The notes beneath the pieces were generated by a model, which was given only the letters and a program-made list of their open reading frames with translations, was not told where the DNA came from and did not search any database. This document shows, piece after piece, positions 17,829 through 28,125 of a DNA stretch of 64,000 bases. Every line of letters starts with the position of its first letter. The first letter of the stretch is position 1. A program made the translations under genes and the position numbers. Source of the DNA: a virus; IMG/VR virus record IMGVR_UViG_3300026382_000175, positions 16,915-80,914 of that record. The stretch is one strand, 5' to 3'.

Positions 17829-20267
17829 TTAATTAGCACAGCTTACACACTCTTCTTTAGCTTGTTCTCCTTCTGCTTTAGCTACTATCCTAGCATAGTA
17901 AAGAGCTTTTATTCCACTCTTCCAAGCCTTATAGATAAACTGACCTAGTATCCTACCCACTTCTTCTTTTGGAATGAAACCATCTCTTATGTTAACTGGA
18001 TAATCAAAAGAAATTCCTGAGTCTATATACTTTTGTATAAACGAAACTATCTCTATTACATCGTATAAGTCCTGCTCAGTAAACTTTGAATACTCATCAT
18101 AATAAAACCAACCTTCTGTAATATATCTAGGAAATACTACATAAACTCCAGTAGACTGCTTTTCAGTCTGAATAAGGTTAAACGGAGGAAAAATACTTGC
18201 AGTAGTTCCTGCGTAAATAGATGTAGAAGTATTAGGAGGAGCATTTAACAGCATTGTATTCCTGATTCCATATTTCTGAATATCTTCTATCAACTCATCA
18301 ACTTCACCCCTATCTACATCAAATTCAACAACAGGAGAAACTTCAAAACCTTCTCCATAAGGGATTTGGCCTAAGAGTACTTCGTTCCACTTAGTTTCAC
18401 TATACTTATTTGTTCTACCTTTCTCTTTAGCTAAATCTACACTAGCTCTTATAGAGTAAAATGCTATCCTACCAAATATCTGCTTAAGCAAGTTAAACAA
18501 CTCATCTTTGTTAACATTTCTACTAGTTAACCTGTAAGCGTATAATTTATTGTCGTCTATTGACTTCCTAATGAGTAAGTCTGCTAGTCCTACAAACCCT
18601 ATTCCTAAAGTTCTGTAGTCCTGATTGTGCTTTTTAATCTCATAGATAGGATGACCTGCTATGTCAAGAATGTTGTCCATATACCTAACTACTAACCTCA
18701 TCAAAGAACTTAATTTCTGATTATCCTGTAAATAACCTAGCTCATACAAAACTGGTAAGTTGAGGGAAAGAAGGTTGCAAGAGTGTACATAACCTAAATC
18801 TTCTATCTTTTCATCAGGTTTCTTACCTTCAGGGTTTGAGTTAGAAAAAGGAGAGTAAGACTCTACACAAAGGTTCCCACACTTAATTTGCTCCTTGAAG
18901 GGAGAATACTGATTTACTGTGTCTACAAAGAAGATATAAGGCATTCCTGATGCCAATATGTTCTTTATTAATTGTCTATAAATTTCCCTAACCTTATAAA
19001 CTTTACCTCTTATCTTTCCTTGCTTAACTAACTCCTCTGCTTTCGTATAATTTTCCTCAAACTCTTTCCCCCAACAGTTTACCAAGTCAATACCACACTT
19101 CATTTTCAACTCATAGTGGTCTATGAGTGTCCAATCTTTATTCTCTTTAACCCTCTCCATAAACAAGTCTGGTACTACTACTTGAGGGTAGAGGGAGAAC
19201 ATTTTCATTCTTATTTCCCCAATAGGATTACGCATAGCCATAAAGTCCAATATATCCATATGCCATATAGGGAGAGCTACTGTACCAGCTCCTTTGCGTT
19301 TTCCAAGCTGATCTATCGTATCTAACATATCGTCAAGTATCTTACACCACTTTAACACTGATACTGATTTACCTTTATTCCCTTGTATATAACTTCCATT
19401 AGGTCTTACTTCTCCAAGATAAATACCTAACCCTCCTCCTCTTTTACTAATCTCTGCAACTTGCCAAAATGAATACATAATACTTTCAAGGTTATCGTGA
19501 ATATCAAGGATATTACAAGATGATAAATTACCTTTAGCTCTTCTAAGGTTAGAAAGTTGAGGAGTAGCTGGAATTATTACCCTATCAAGTAATAGTTTAT
19601 AAAACTTTTTAACATTATTCATGAATAATTCTTTATTTTGCTTATAATCTGGAAGAAAACCAAGAATAGAAATTAAGAGGAGAGCTTCGGCAAAAGTTTC
19701 AACAGGTTTATTATTATAAGTCAATATATATGATTTTGAGAATTTTACTACCTGATAGTAAAAGTCATTCCACATAAAATAAGGAAAGTTATAATTATAA
19801 TCTAACTGAACCTTTTTAGCATACTCATAGAGTTCTTCAAGAATGTCATTAGAGATTTTAAGTATTCTCTCATCATAAATACCTAATTCTATATACTTTT
19901 TTAAGTGAAAAATCCAATCGTTAGCATCTTGAAAAAACCCGTAATCATCAGTAAAAGTGTCATACTCCCTTTCTCTATGTAATCTTATGTCTTTTATCCA
20001 ATCTAATAAATAAAACCTACCTGCTAGAATAGAATAGTCTTTAATTCTACCTTTATCTGATATTGAAAGCTTATTAGCAGTAGCTATTAAATTTTGTTGG
20101 ATTTCTTTAGTAGTAATACCAGACTTAAGAGTAAAGCGAAATTCTTTCCAAAATTGCTCATCATCTATATTTAGACCTTGCCTGCAAAAGTTATACATCT
20201 TAATAATCTTATCCATACTGAAAGGTTCTTTATGACCGTCTCTCTTTACAACTTCAATTCCTATCAT
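17829..20267 (-). CDS. nrdA: ribonucleotide reductase class I alpha subunit with ATP cone
   Basis: VVKRDG ATP cone, PATP, LSSC, GNLCVE, PPNTSTS, LYY, C-terminal CVSC. Confidence 0.95.
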   Translation of the reverse strand: MIGIEVVKRDGHKEPFSMDKIIKMYNFCRQGLNIDDEQFWKEFRFTLKSGITTKEIQQNLIATANKLSISDKGRIKDYSILAGRFYLLDWIKDIRLHREREYDTFTDDYGFFQDANDWIFHLKKYIELGIYDERILKISNDILEELYEYAKKVQLDYNYNFPYFMWNDFYYQVVKFSKSYILTYNNKPVETFAEALLLISILGFLPDYKQNKELFMNNVKKFYKLLLDRVIIPATPQLSNLRRAKGNLSSCNILDIHDNLESIMYSFWQVAEISKRGGGLGIYLGEVRPNGSYIQGNKGKSVSVLKWCKILDDMLDTIDQLGKRKGAGTVALPIWHMDILDFMAMRNPIGEIRMKMFSLYPQVVVPDLFMERVKENKDWTLIDHYELKMKCGIDLVNCWGKEFEENYTKAEELVKQGKIRGKVYKVREIYRQLIKNILASGMPYIFFVDTVNQYSPFKEQIKCGNLCVESYSPFSNSNPEGKKPDEKIEDLGYVHSCNLLSLNLPVLYELGYLQDNQKLSSLMRLVVRYMDNILDIAGHPIYEIKKHNQDYRTLGIGFVGLADLLIRKSIDDNKLYAYRLTSRNVNKDELFNLLKQIFGRIAFYSIRASVDLAKEKGRTNKYSETKWNEVLLGQIPYGEGFEVSPVVEFDVDRGEVDELIEDIQKYGIRNTMLLNAPPNTSTSIYAGTTASIFPPFNLIQTEKQSTGVYVVFPRYITEGWFYYDEYSKFTEQDLYDVIEIVSFIQKYIDSGISFDYPVNIRDGFIPKEEVGRILGQFIYKAWKSGIKALYYARIVAKAEGEQAKEECVSCAN

Positions 20268-21352
20268 CTATTAACCTCCTCCTTAAGAATTTTCTCATCA
20301 AATAATCCAATTTCTAAATTAAATCTTGCATAATAATCTTTATCTCCATACTCTACATAAACATATTTAACATCTTTATTCCAATCATTACTTTGCATTT
20401 GTTTATATTTATCTTGAATATCTAAAATCCTAATAGTAAATCCTCCCTTATCATACAAACCTAACTTATCATCTCCTATAACTTTAATATATTGACCTAA
20501 AAATTCAGGTTGATATTTGTATAAAAGCTCAAGTTCTGCTTTAGCTACTTCTCTTATTTGTTCTTGAGCTTGTTTTGAATATCTTTCTACATAAAAATTC
20601 CTTGCACATTTGTAATCTTTCATTACCCAAAATACAGTATAAAGAGATTGAGGTAATACAGAACGGGCTACTTCAGGTTTATAGCCTATTTTAAGCAAAA
20701 TCTTATACATACTTTCAAGTTCTTGATAAAAATAACTAAGCTCTTGGAATGTTAAACCTGTTGCTTCATTAAGCAACCCATCTGGATACCAAAACTCAAA
20801 TTCTACTTTATCAGGTTTTACATATCTACGAGAAAGTTCTAAATATGAGCAACACCTATGACGATGATATTGACTTCTTACAAAGAGAGGAACTTTAACT
20901 TTAAAAGTAGCTATTGTTTGTTTGTGCCATTTTATAAAATTTTCTAAATCCTTTTCAGACGCAGAATCACTATCAAGTCTACTTGAAATTTGAGATAATA
21001 CAAAATGCTTAAAATTCCTTTGATGTAACTCCTCTTCAAACGTAAAAATTCTTTTATTTCTCAGAGAATGCTCAATACCAATATAAAAATACGAATCATC
21101 TTTTCTCATAGGAAATCTAATAAATTCAAATGGACTTTTATGCCCTTTTTTAATAAGAAAATCCCAAAGTTTTTTAGGATTTTTAGCCATTTCATTACCA
21201 TAGCTGATTGATGCTACTACTGATACAGCTTCCTCTCTTGATTCTTGATTAAGATTGGATAAAGAAAAATCCCATAGTTCCACAAATCCTTTTACAGGAG
21301 AGTAATCATAAATCTCCTTTTTAGCTATTTTCTTTAAATACTTCAGTCTCAT
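20264..21352 (-). CDS. thyX: flavin-dependent thymidylate synthase
   Basis: GHKSPFE, RHRCCSYLELSRRY, EVARSVLP, AQEQIR. Confidence 0.92.
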   Translation of the reverse strand: MRLKYLKKIAKKEIYDYSPVKGFVELWDFSLSNLNQESREEAVSVVASISYGNEMAKNPKKLWDFLIKKGHKSPFEFIRFPMRKDDSYFYIGIEHSLRNKRIFTFEEELHQRNFKHFVLSQISSRLDSDSASEKDLENFIKWHKQTIATFKVKVPLFVRSQYHRHRCCSYLELSRRYVKPDKVEFEFWYPDGLLNEATGLTFQELSYFYQELESMYKILLKIGYKPEVARSVLPQSLYTVFWVMKDYKCARNFYVERYSKQAQEQIREVAKAELELLYKYQPEFLGQYIKVIGDDKLGLYDKGGFTIRILDIQDKYKQMQSNDWNKDVKYVYVEYGDKDYYARFNLEIGLFDEKILKEEVNR

Positions 21353-21370
21353 CTTTTAGCCTCCTTCCAT

Positions 21371-21802
21371 CTAAACTTCTACAGGTTCAATTACAAAACT
21401 AACTTCATTCCCTTCTTTAGTTAAAGTCCAAAATACTGGATAAGACTTACCAAACCTGATAGCATATAAGCGTGAAATCAAGTCTTCCAAAATCTTTACC
21501 AGTTCAGCATTCCTAATAGAGGTTTTAACCTCTGTAGGTGAAACCAAATGATTAATTGCTGATACTATTACTTTGTAGTAATGATAGAAATTCACAACAT
21601 CATCTTCTAACAAGGAAATAAGTTCCATATAATCAGAATTGTCCATTATGTTGTCCATAAAGCTAATAAACTTAGAAGGAGTTAGAACCAAATTCAAATC
21701 TGCATTCTCATAAAGAATAGAGACCCTAAACTTCCCTATCTTCTCATCAAAGGTAATTTGAATTTCTTGTATATCTCCTGTAAAAAATTCTAGCAGTCTC
21801 AT
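21371..21802 (-). CDS. hypothetical protein
   Basis: Likely start ATG 21802 after GGAGGTGGAG. Confidence 0.65.
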   Translation of the reverse strand: MRLLEFFTGDIQEIQITFDEKIGKFRVSILYENADLNLVLTPSKFISFMDNIMDNSDYMELISLLEDDVVNFYHYYKVIVSAINHLVSPTEVKTSIRNAELVKILEDLISRLYAIRFGKSYPVFWTLTKEGNEVSFVIEPVEV

Positions 21803-21824
21803 TACTCCACCTCCATACATTTAG

Positions 21825-22049
21825 TTAAATTGATCTTGTATTGTCAATACAAATCAAATTATCCTTTTTAACTAACTCCTTTGCACATTTCTCACATAAA
21901 TATTTAAGAAGAGTTCCAAAACCTTTCTTAAGACTAGAAAAGCTTTTACCCTCTTTAAGAGAGTAACAATACCTTGTCATAATAAAACCACACTTATTAC
22001 ACCTTAATGCAGTTCCTTCATAAAGTTTATATTTACACAATGCTTTCAT
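21825..22049 (-). CDS. small Cys-rich (zinc-finger) protein
   Basis: CNKC...CEKC. Confidence 0.6.
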   Translation of the reverse strand: MKALCKYKLYEGTALRCNKCGFIMTRYCYSLKEGKSFSSLKKGFGTLLKYLCEKCAKELVKKDNLICIDNTRSI

Positions 22050-22453
22050 CTCACTTCCTCCTCTTCCTCAATTGAAAGAACATTCCTCAAGTTTATAAAA
22101 GCTGGGACATCCTTAGCCTGTTCAAACTCTAGCATTAGTCCAGCATCCTTAAACTTCTCCCAAAATCTGTTCATGTATTGAACTCCAACTATTGGAATAT
22201 TCAGGACTAGTCCATCAAAAGTTTCTACTTTTAGTCTTAACTTAAAGTCGTATAGCTGGGTCTCCTCTACATAAACTGATTCAGCTCCACTCAGACTTAT
22301 CCAATTCCTCTTACCTTTACTTTCGTAATAAAAGCTGTCCTTACAGTTCAGAACTGCTGTAAACAACCTTCTGTAATCCTTCCAAGATTCCAGCTCAACA
22401 GTTTTAACTAAATTGCTGTAAACTACCTTAGCTTTAATGTAAGTTTTAGCCAT
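22046..22453 (-). CDS. hypothetical protein
   Basis: Likely start ATG 22453 after AAGGAGGT. Confidence 0.65.
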   Translation of the reverse strand: MAKTYIKAKVVYSNLVKTVELESWKDYRRLFTAVLNCKDSFYYESKGKRNWISLSGAESVYVEETQLYDFKLRLKVETFDGLVLNIPIVGVQYMNRFWEKFKDAGLMLEFEQAKDVPAFINLRNVLSIEEEEEVR

Positions 22454-22646
22454 CTTTAACCTCCTTATCATCTAGAATATTAATCTCTTTAACAGCCTTC
22501 ACCTTGATTGTATAACCATAATCCAAAATAATCCAATCCTCCTCATCTTCTTTTTCAATTCCTTCAATCATCCCCACAAAGCTACTATCCTTCAAGATGA
22601 TTTCACAAAGCTTTCCAATGTATTTCTCGTACTTTTTCTTAACCAT
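22446..22646 (-). CDS. small Sm/SH3-like hypothetical protein
   Basis: KYIGKLCEIILKDSSFVGMIEG; SD GGGAGG. Confidence 0.6.
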   Translation of the reverse strand: MVKKKYEKYIGKLCEIILKDSSFVGMIEGIEKEDEEDWIILDYGYTIKVKAVKEINILDDKEVKDG

Positions 22647-22670
22647 ATCAACCCTCCCTACTCTTCAATT

Positions 22671-23123
22671 TTATTGATTTGTAGTATATTTCGTAAATTT
22701 CTTCAACATTGCTTCTGCAAATTCTTCTAGATCTAGCAATTGCCTTACTACATCTTTAGCATCTTCATATATTTCTCTCGTAGTCCACTTCTTGCATATC
22801 TTAGCCAACTCATTATTTTCATCATAATACCCTTTCCAATCAAAAGGATGTGCATAATCCCAACCATACCACCAATACCCTTTTGGTAAGTAAACTCCAT
22901 CACCTTTACTTGAAAAGGTAAAACCTCCATGAACACTAATAATACTTAAATCACCATAATCAAAACCAGCTAATATGTGATTCTCAGGAAGCCCTACATA
23001 AGCTACTGGGTGAGTTCCTAAAGACATTCCTATAATCCTAAAACCAAGACACTCTTCATCAAAGAGTGTTTCAGGTTTGTCTAACATCTCTTTCTGGTAA
23101 ATCATTTCCTTAAACTTCTTCAT
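22671..23123 (-). CDS. conserved phage hypothetical protein
   Basis: HPVAYV...VHGGFTFS...WWYGWDYAH motif common in phage proteins. Confidence 0.75.
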   Translation of the reverse strand: MKKFKEMIYQKEMLDKPETLFDEECLGFRIIGMSLGTHPVAYVGLPENHILAGFDYGDLSIISVHGGFTFSSKGDGVYLPKGYWWYGWDYAHPFDWKGYYDENNELAKICKKWTTREIYEDAKDVVRQLLDLEEFAEAMLKKFTKYTTNQ

Positions 23124-23154
23124 CTCAACTCCCCTCTCAAACCTGTTTACTAAA

Positions 23155-23339
23155 CTAAACTCAAATCAGGGAGAATTTCAGGCTGGTTAATCTAAACTTT
23201 CTACTCACTATTAACTAAACCAATCTACCCTAGAATTTCAGGTTAAACCTATCCAACTATCCCTATCTTAAAATTAAACTCTCTTACTATCAAATTTCAG
23301 GTTGGTAGTAACCTGAAATTCTAATCCAATCCAGTTTAG
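23155..23339. promoter_or_regulatory. divergent cluster of four phage-type promoters CCTGAA-N16-GTTTAG (three minus, one plus)
   Basis: Minus copies 23155-23182, 23215-23242, 23274-23301 (GTTTAA variant); plus copy 23312-23339; located at the strand switch. Confidence 0.85.
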
Positions 23340-23370
23340 TTTTATAGATACCAATCAGAAGGAGGTTAGT

Positions 23371-23580
23371 ATGAGTAAGAAAACTTACCAGTCCTTACAA
23401 GAGTGGTTATCCACTACTAATCCTATGAACAAGCACTACCTAGCTCAGATTATTTCCCTAATAACTATGTTAGAAGTAGGAGATGAGATTAGTTTAGGAT
23501 TAGTTAAGATTAAGAAGGAGTCTCATACTGATAATGGTTATACTTTCTCAGTTAGTATAGATAGTTCTCTATTAGAGTAA
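23371..23580 (+). CDS. hypothetical protein
   Basis: 69 aa, SD AAGGAGGT. Confidence 0.75.
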   Translation: MSKKTYQSLQEWLSTTNPMNKHYLAQIISLITMLEVGDEISLGLVKIKKESHTDNGYTFSVSIDSSLLE

Positions 23581-23651
23581 TCCCCTATTTTTCAGTAGGT
23601 TTCTTAAGTATTACAACAACTTTCCCAATCTAGTAAGCTAGAGGAGGAGTT

Positions 23652-24725
23652 ATGATTAGGTTTGAGGAGTATGAAGAGGTATTAGTAAAGTTACAGGATA
23701 ATTTAGATGATGAAAATAGTACTCTAACTTTCCTAGATGTATTAACTAAGTTAATAAGGGATTTATTAGGTACTCATTACAGTAAGTACAGCTGGGTAAG
23801 AGGACTTAACTTTGATGAGATAGCTCCTCAGATAGCTTTAGACTACTACCTTAAGGTAAAATCTGGTTTAAGGATTAACAAGTGGGGAATTTACTTGAGA
23901 AAGAGCTTAGCTAGTGATTTGGTAAAGTTTGCTCATCCTAAAGATGTGAGCTTTGATGACTTGCTTAAAACTCCTTACACTAAAGATGAGGAAGATGACA
24001 AGGATTACCTAGTAGAAATCCAAGAACTGTGGAAAACCCTTTTCCCTCACTTAACTAAATCTGAAATCTTAATCTTAATAGAGCTCTCTACTGAGTATAA
24101 ACTCTCTCCTTATGACAAGGTAAGAGGATTAGCTAAGTACTCTTACAGGAAAAGAATAGAACTAGCTAAAGTCTTAATGAAGTTAACTTACTACTACAGA
24201 ACTAAGGAGGTAAGCATGAACAGGGTAACATCTAACTCACTAGTAAGAACTTTAGCTGGAATTATGATTTCTCCTCTATTCCTAGTTCTAGACCTAGAAG
24301 ACATGGCTAAGGTAATAGCTACTCTAGGAGGACAAACTGTACGCATTCCTACCTACACAGAACTACAAAAGTTAATCCCACTCATCATCCTCTTCTATGA
24401 ACACAAAATCAACAACAAATCCCTCTCAGAACTCTCTAAAAAGTTCAACCTAGACCGTAAAGACCTTTCCCTAATCCTAAACATCCTAAACCAAGTAAAG
24501 CTCTCAGATTACGAAAAGAAGAACCTAATCATTACCCTTTCCAAGCTTACCCAATTGGTAAATGCTCAAGACTCCTTCATATCTCAAAGACTACAGGAGA
24601 TAGAAGATAAGCTCAGAAAGAACTCCAAAACAGCTCTAGAACTCTACAAATCCCTCTCTAAGGAAGAAGCTAAAGGATTAGAAGACCTAATCAAGCTAAC
24701 TACTGAGATAGTTAAATTACTCTAA
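23652..24725 (+). CDS. putative transcription regulator: sigma-region-2-like N-terminus plus Mor-like HTH C-terminus
   Basis: VIATLGGQTVRIPT...KSLSELSKKFNL resembles the Mor/C family; in-frame AAGGAGGT plus ATG at 24216. Confidence 0.55.
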   Translation: MIRFEEYEEVLVKLQDNLDDENSTLTFLDVLTKLIRDLLGTHYSKYSWVRGLNFDEIAPQIALDYYLKVKSGLRINKWGIYLRKSLASDLVKFAHPKDVSFDDLLKTPYTKDEEDDKDYLVEIQELWKTLFPHLTKSEILILIELSTEYKLSPYDKVRGLAKYSYRKRIELAKVLMKLTYYYRTKEVSMNRVTSNSLVRTLAGIMISPLFLVLDLEDMAKVIATLGGQTVRIPTYTELQKLIPLIILFYEHKINNKSLSELSKKFNLDRKDLSLILNILNQVKLSDYEKKNLIITLSKLTQLVNAQDSFISQRLQEIEDKLRKNSKTALELYKSLSKEEAKGLEDLIKLTTEIVKLL

Positions 24726-25340
24726 CCTACTCTACACTATCCTACTTACTTATCTTATACTCTCAACACTGCTATACTACTAATCTTACTAACCTAGTTA
24801 CTCTACTTAACCCTGTTATCCAATCCTATTAGTTAGCTTACTATTCCAGTACTTTAGTTTTGAGTTAGATAGTTAGTTATATCGCTATATACCCTTCTGA
24901 TATTGATATAGTTATACTGATATCCCCCTTTTTCAGTAGGTATTACTTGATTTACAATAGCTTTCTAGTATTACTTATTCAGTTAGATAATTTTTGATTA
25001 GTAGTATAGTTAGTATATAGATAATCCCCCCATTTTCAGTAGGTTTTCCTTGTATTCCATAGGTTATCTCATTATTCGTAGAATACTAATCTGATAGAGA
25101 TATACTGGTAATGGTATAGGTAACAGGTATAGAGTTAGGTAAGTAGGTTAGATAGTACTCTTATACTACTATAAGTATAGATAATCCCCCCCATTTTCAG
25201 TAGGTTTCTTAAGTATAGCAATATCTATCTCAGAATTAGTAATAGAAAACTTATGAATTACTATAACTAAGAGAAATAGAGATATGGGAAAACTAAGTAA
25301 TTCAAGGAGTTATACATATTAGGGAAAATTATCTAACTAA
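24726..25340. promoter_or_regulatory. candidate replication origin with iteron-like CCCC(N)TTTTCAGTAGGT repeats
   Basis: Copies at about 24921, 25021, 25181 (fourth at 23578); C-rich to G-rich strand switch; upstream of the PrimPol-like gene. Confidence 0.55.
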
Positions 25341-25344
25341 CCTA

Positions 25345-25430
25345 CCTGAAACTCTAACTCAGACTAGTTTAGTTATATAGAGTGGGAAAGTTATATACCC
25401 AACCTGAAATTCTAATCCAATTCTGTTTAG
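25345..25430 (+). promoter_or_regulatory. two tandem CCTGAA-N16-GTTTAG promoters
   Basis: 25345-25372 and 25403-25430. Confidence 0.8.
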
Positions 25431-25463
25431 TTTAGTAGAATAGGTTAACAGGAGGTTGTAAGT

Positions 25464-27698
25464 ATGGAATATAGAGTAGAGAGGATAGTTCAGGTTAGTA
25501 GATATAAGAAGTTGGGAGAAGAGGTAGATAGGACTACTGGTATAGTTTTTGTTAAGTATTACGATAGGCATAAGAAAACTGAGTTTTCAGCCTTCAAAAG
25601 TAAAGAAGATGCTAGGAAGTACTGGGAATATTGGATTGGACACGACCCAGAGGCTTTAAAGTTCTACATAAGCAGTGCTACGATAGAGGGAGAGTTTTCA
25701 GACTTTACCAGAGATGTAATAGAGTTTGAAACTCCTAATGGTAATAGATATCTCTCCTACTACAAAACAGATTTCTCCTTTGGTAAGGATTCTAACTTTA
25801 CCTTTGGAGTTCATGTTCCTAAAGGTACTACTCCTTACTATCCTACTGGTTGGTGGAATCTAAATGTACCTATGAAACCAGAAGACAAATTGATAATAGG
25901 AGTAGGTTCTCAGGTTAATATGGGTAAAGCTTTCACTAAAGAGCTAACCATAGATGAGTTCATAAAACTTATGGAAGCTAAAGGTAAGTTCTACACTCCC
26001 TTTGTCTTTGAGAATAACAAGAGGAATAAAGCTAACGCTTACAGACCTGAAAATTCATTAACAATGATCTGCATTGACGTAGACGATGATTTGAATTTGA
26101 TAGATATTCTGAAAGAAAAAGATAAAAATGGGTTTGTTAATTCCTTTCTTAATAGAGTTACCTACTACCTAGAGCAAGTTAGTAAGAGTGGAGAAGGTTA
26201 TCACTTCTTTGTACCTGTAAAGGTAAAAGACACTCAGCAACTCTTAAAAATTCTCAACTACCTTCAGCTAGAGTACAAAGGAATAGCAGATATTTCAGTA
26301 TTTGAACCAGCTAGGCTAATCTTCTCCTCTCCTTACAGGATAAAAGAGGTTTCTAGGATAGCAGTTACTAGGAACTTTTATGCTGATGTAGAGCTTACCC
26401 AATTAGAACCAGCTTCAGAGAGGTTAGAAAGAATCAAATCTCATCAGCTAACTATTGAGGGTCATAAGAACTATGTGAGGAATGATGGAGCTCTCTACAT
26501 AAGAACCTATGTAGATGGAGATAGGTTAGTTAAGTGGTTTGAGGAAAAGCATGGAAAACTAACTAGTAAAAAGCTTTTCTCAGTTCAAGTTACTTCTAAT
26601 CGCCAATCTATTTCCTCTATAAGCAACGAAAATAGTAAGGTAAGTACTAAACCCTTAGGTAGGGGTAAAAAGTCCGATAATGGCCAAATAGATAAACGAG
26701 GAGGCAAATTTTGGGATGAGTTAAAAGCTAGTACCATAGCAACTGTGAAAGGAGATTTAAATCCAGTTTCAGATAAGAGTAAGGTAAGGGAATACCAGAG
26801 TGGGTTAATAGGATTGATTAAAGAGCTTTCCAAGTTAGCAGGATTTAAGTTCTATGAGTTCAACAGGTATGACAAAGATGGAAATGTAGTAGGTAATTAT
26901 TACCAAATTTCAGTATCTCCTGATGAGAAATCTCCTATGGATATATTTCTGTATGATAACAACCCTGAGTTTTTCTACTTTCAATCTAAAAACGCTTTAA
27001 GACACTTCCCTAAGATATTTGAGGAGATAGTTAGCTATACTACTGATGGAAGACCTTGCTTACACATATCTTGGCTAATTAAACTGTTAAGCTTTATTTC
27101 CAAGAACTTCAAACCAGACTTCAACACAGCTAAGATTAAGGACTTGATTAAGAAGTATGGAATACATGAGAAGTATCTCTATTCTCACTTTGAGGAAGTA
27201 GAAGGATATGTAGTAGAGCTAATCAAAGCTCTTATCAAGAAGAAAGGTAAACCTGTAAGAGTATCTAAATACATTCCTAAAGAAATTATTAGCAAATCTA
27301 GAGTGTGGAGAAGTTTTAGGAAAGAGTTGGAAAGCTTAGGCTTTGTGTTTGAAAGGAAAAGAGGAGGGTTAGTAGTATATTGGGACGAAGAGAAAAAGAA
27401 AGACATTGATTACCTGAAGTATAACTCTAAAGGGCTTTCTCCTAAACTGAGGAAAACCTTTAAGAAGTTCTTTGCAGTGGTAAGTCAGGAAACTTGGTTT
27501 GAAGAGATAGTAGTAATACTAGAAGAAAACTGGGTTAAGCATATGGTTTATTGGGTTAGGAAGATGGTAGGAGAGGAGTTGAGAAAGTGGGAAATGATGT
27601 TTAAACGAAAACTGCGAAGTGGAGAAATGTTGTGGTATGAGGATAAACAAAAGCCTATTAGTGCTTTGTCCTATGTGATTACTAGGATGGTAGCTTGA
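25464..27698 (+). CDS. AEP-superfamily primase-polymerase / replication initiator-like protein
   Basis: IDVDD, SKSGEGYH and D..vfEPARL correspond to AEP motifs I-III. Confidence 0.65.
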   Translation: MEYRVERIVQVSRYKKLGEEVDRTTGIVFVKYYDRHKKTEFSAFKSKEDARKYWEYWIGHDPEALKFYISSATIEGEFSDFTRDVIEFETPNGNRYLSYYKTDFSFGKDSNFTFGVHVPKGTTPYYPTGWWNLNVPMKPEDKLIIGVGSQVNMGKAFTKELTIDEFIKLMEAKGKFYTPFVFENNKRNKANAYRPENSLTMICIDVDDDLNLIDILKEKDKNGFVNSFLNRVTYYLEQVSKSGEGYHFFVPVKVKDTQQLLKILNYLQLEYKGIADISVFEPARLIFSSPYRIKEVSRIAVTRNFYADVELTQLEPASERLERIKSHQLTIEGHKNYVRNDGALYIRTYVDGDRLVKWFEEKHGKLTSKKLFSVQVTSNRQSISSISNENSKVSTKPLGRGKKSDNGQIDKRGGKFWDELKASTIATVKGDLNPVSDKSKVREYQSGLIGLIKELSKLAGFKFYEFNRYDKDGNVVGNYYQISVSPDEKSPMDIFLYDNNPEFFYFQSKNALRHFPKIFEEIVSYTTDGRPCLHISWLIKLLSFISKNFKPDFNTAKIKDLIKKYGIHEKYLYSHFEEVEGYVVELIKALIKKKGKPVRVSKYIPKEIISKSRVWRSFRKELESLGFVFERKRGGLVVYWDEEKKKDIDYLKYNSKGLSPKLRKTFKKFFAVVSQETWFEEIVVILEENWVKHMVYWVRKMVGEELRKWEMMFKRKLRSGEMLWYEDKQKPISALSYVITRMVA

Positions 27699-27700
27699 CC

Positions 27701-27813
27701 AGTATTATGTATTACTCAAAAAGTATTACTTAGTAATATTAAGTTTTGTTGATCCTAGCAAATTTTGAATACCAGTAATACTTAGTATTACTGATTTCAC
27801 AAATCGTAATACT
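27701..27813. repeat. AGTATTAC/AGTAATAC box array (site B; homologous to 458-528)
   Basis: Boxes at 27722, 27732, 27774, 27784, 27806 around core TTGATCCTAGCAAATTTTGAATA. Confidence 0.85.
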
Positions 27814-27824
27814 GCTAAAGTTAG

Positions 27825-27852
27825 CCTGAAATTCTAAGGTTAGTTGGTTTAG
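27825..27852 (+). promoter_or_regulatory. CCTGAA-N16-GTTTAG promoter
   Basis: Exact consensus upstream of 27880. Confidence 0.8.
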
Positions 27853-27879
27853 TTTAGTAAACAATTTTAGGAGGTTGTT

Positions 27880-28086
27880 ATGACTAGAGTACTAAACATC
27901 TCAGGAGAGTGGGATGGGAAGGAAATAGTAGGTCATCTAAACTTTAGTGCAGGAGAGTTTTGGTTAGACATTAGTCAAAATGGGAGAATGGTAGAAATCA
28001 ATGAAGGGGAATTTGCACTAGCCAAGTTCTTACAGCTTCTCCTAGATGAATTGGGAGAGGAATTTCTAACTGAACTTAAGAAGTAA
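27880..28086 (+). CDS. hypothetical protein
   Basis: 68 aa, SD AGGAGGT. Confidence 0.75.
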   Translation: MTRVLNISGEWDGKEIVGHLNFSAGEFWLDISQNGRMVEINEGEFALAKFLQLLLDELGEEFLTELKK

Positions 28087-28125
28087 ATTGAATTGGAATT
28101 CATAAAACTTAACAGGAGGATAGTT

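Noticed and set aside
24900-25220. CRISPR mini-array
   Set aside because: Repeats are degenerate and irregularly spaced (100 and 160 bp); no cas genes
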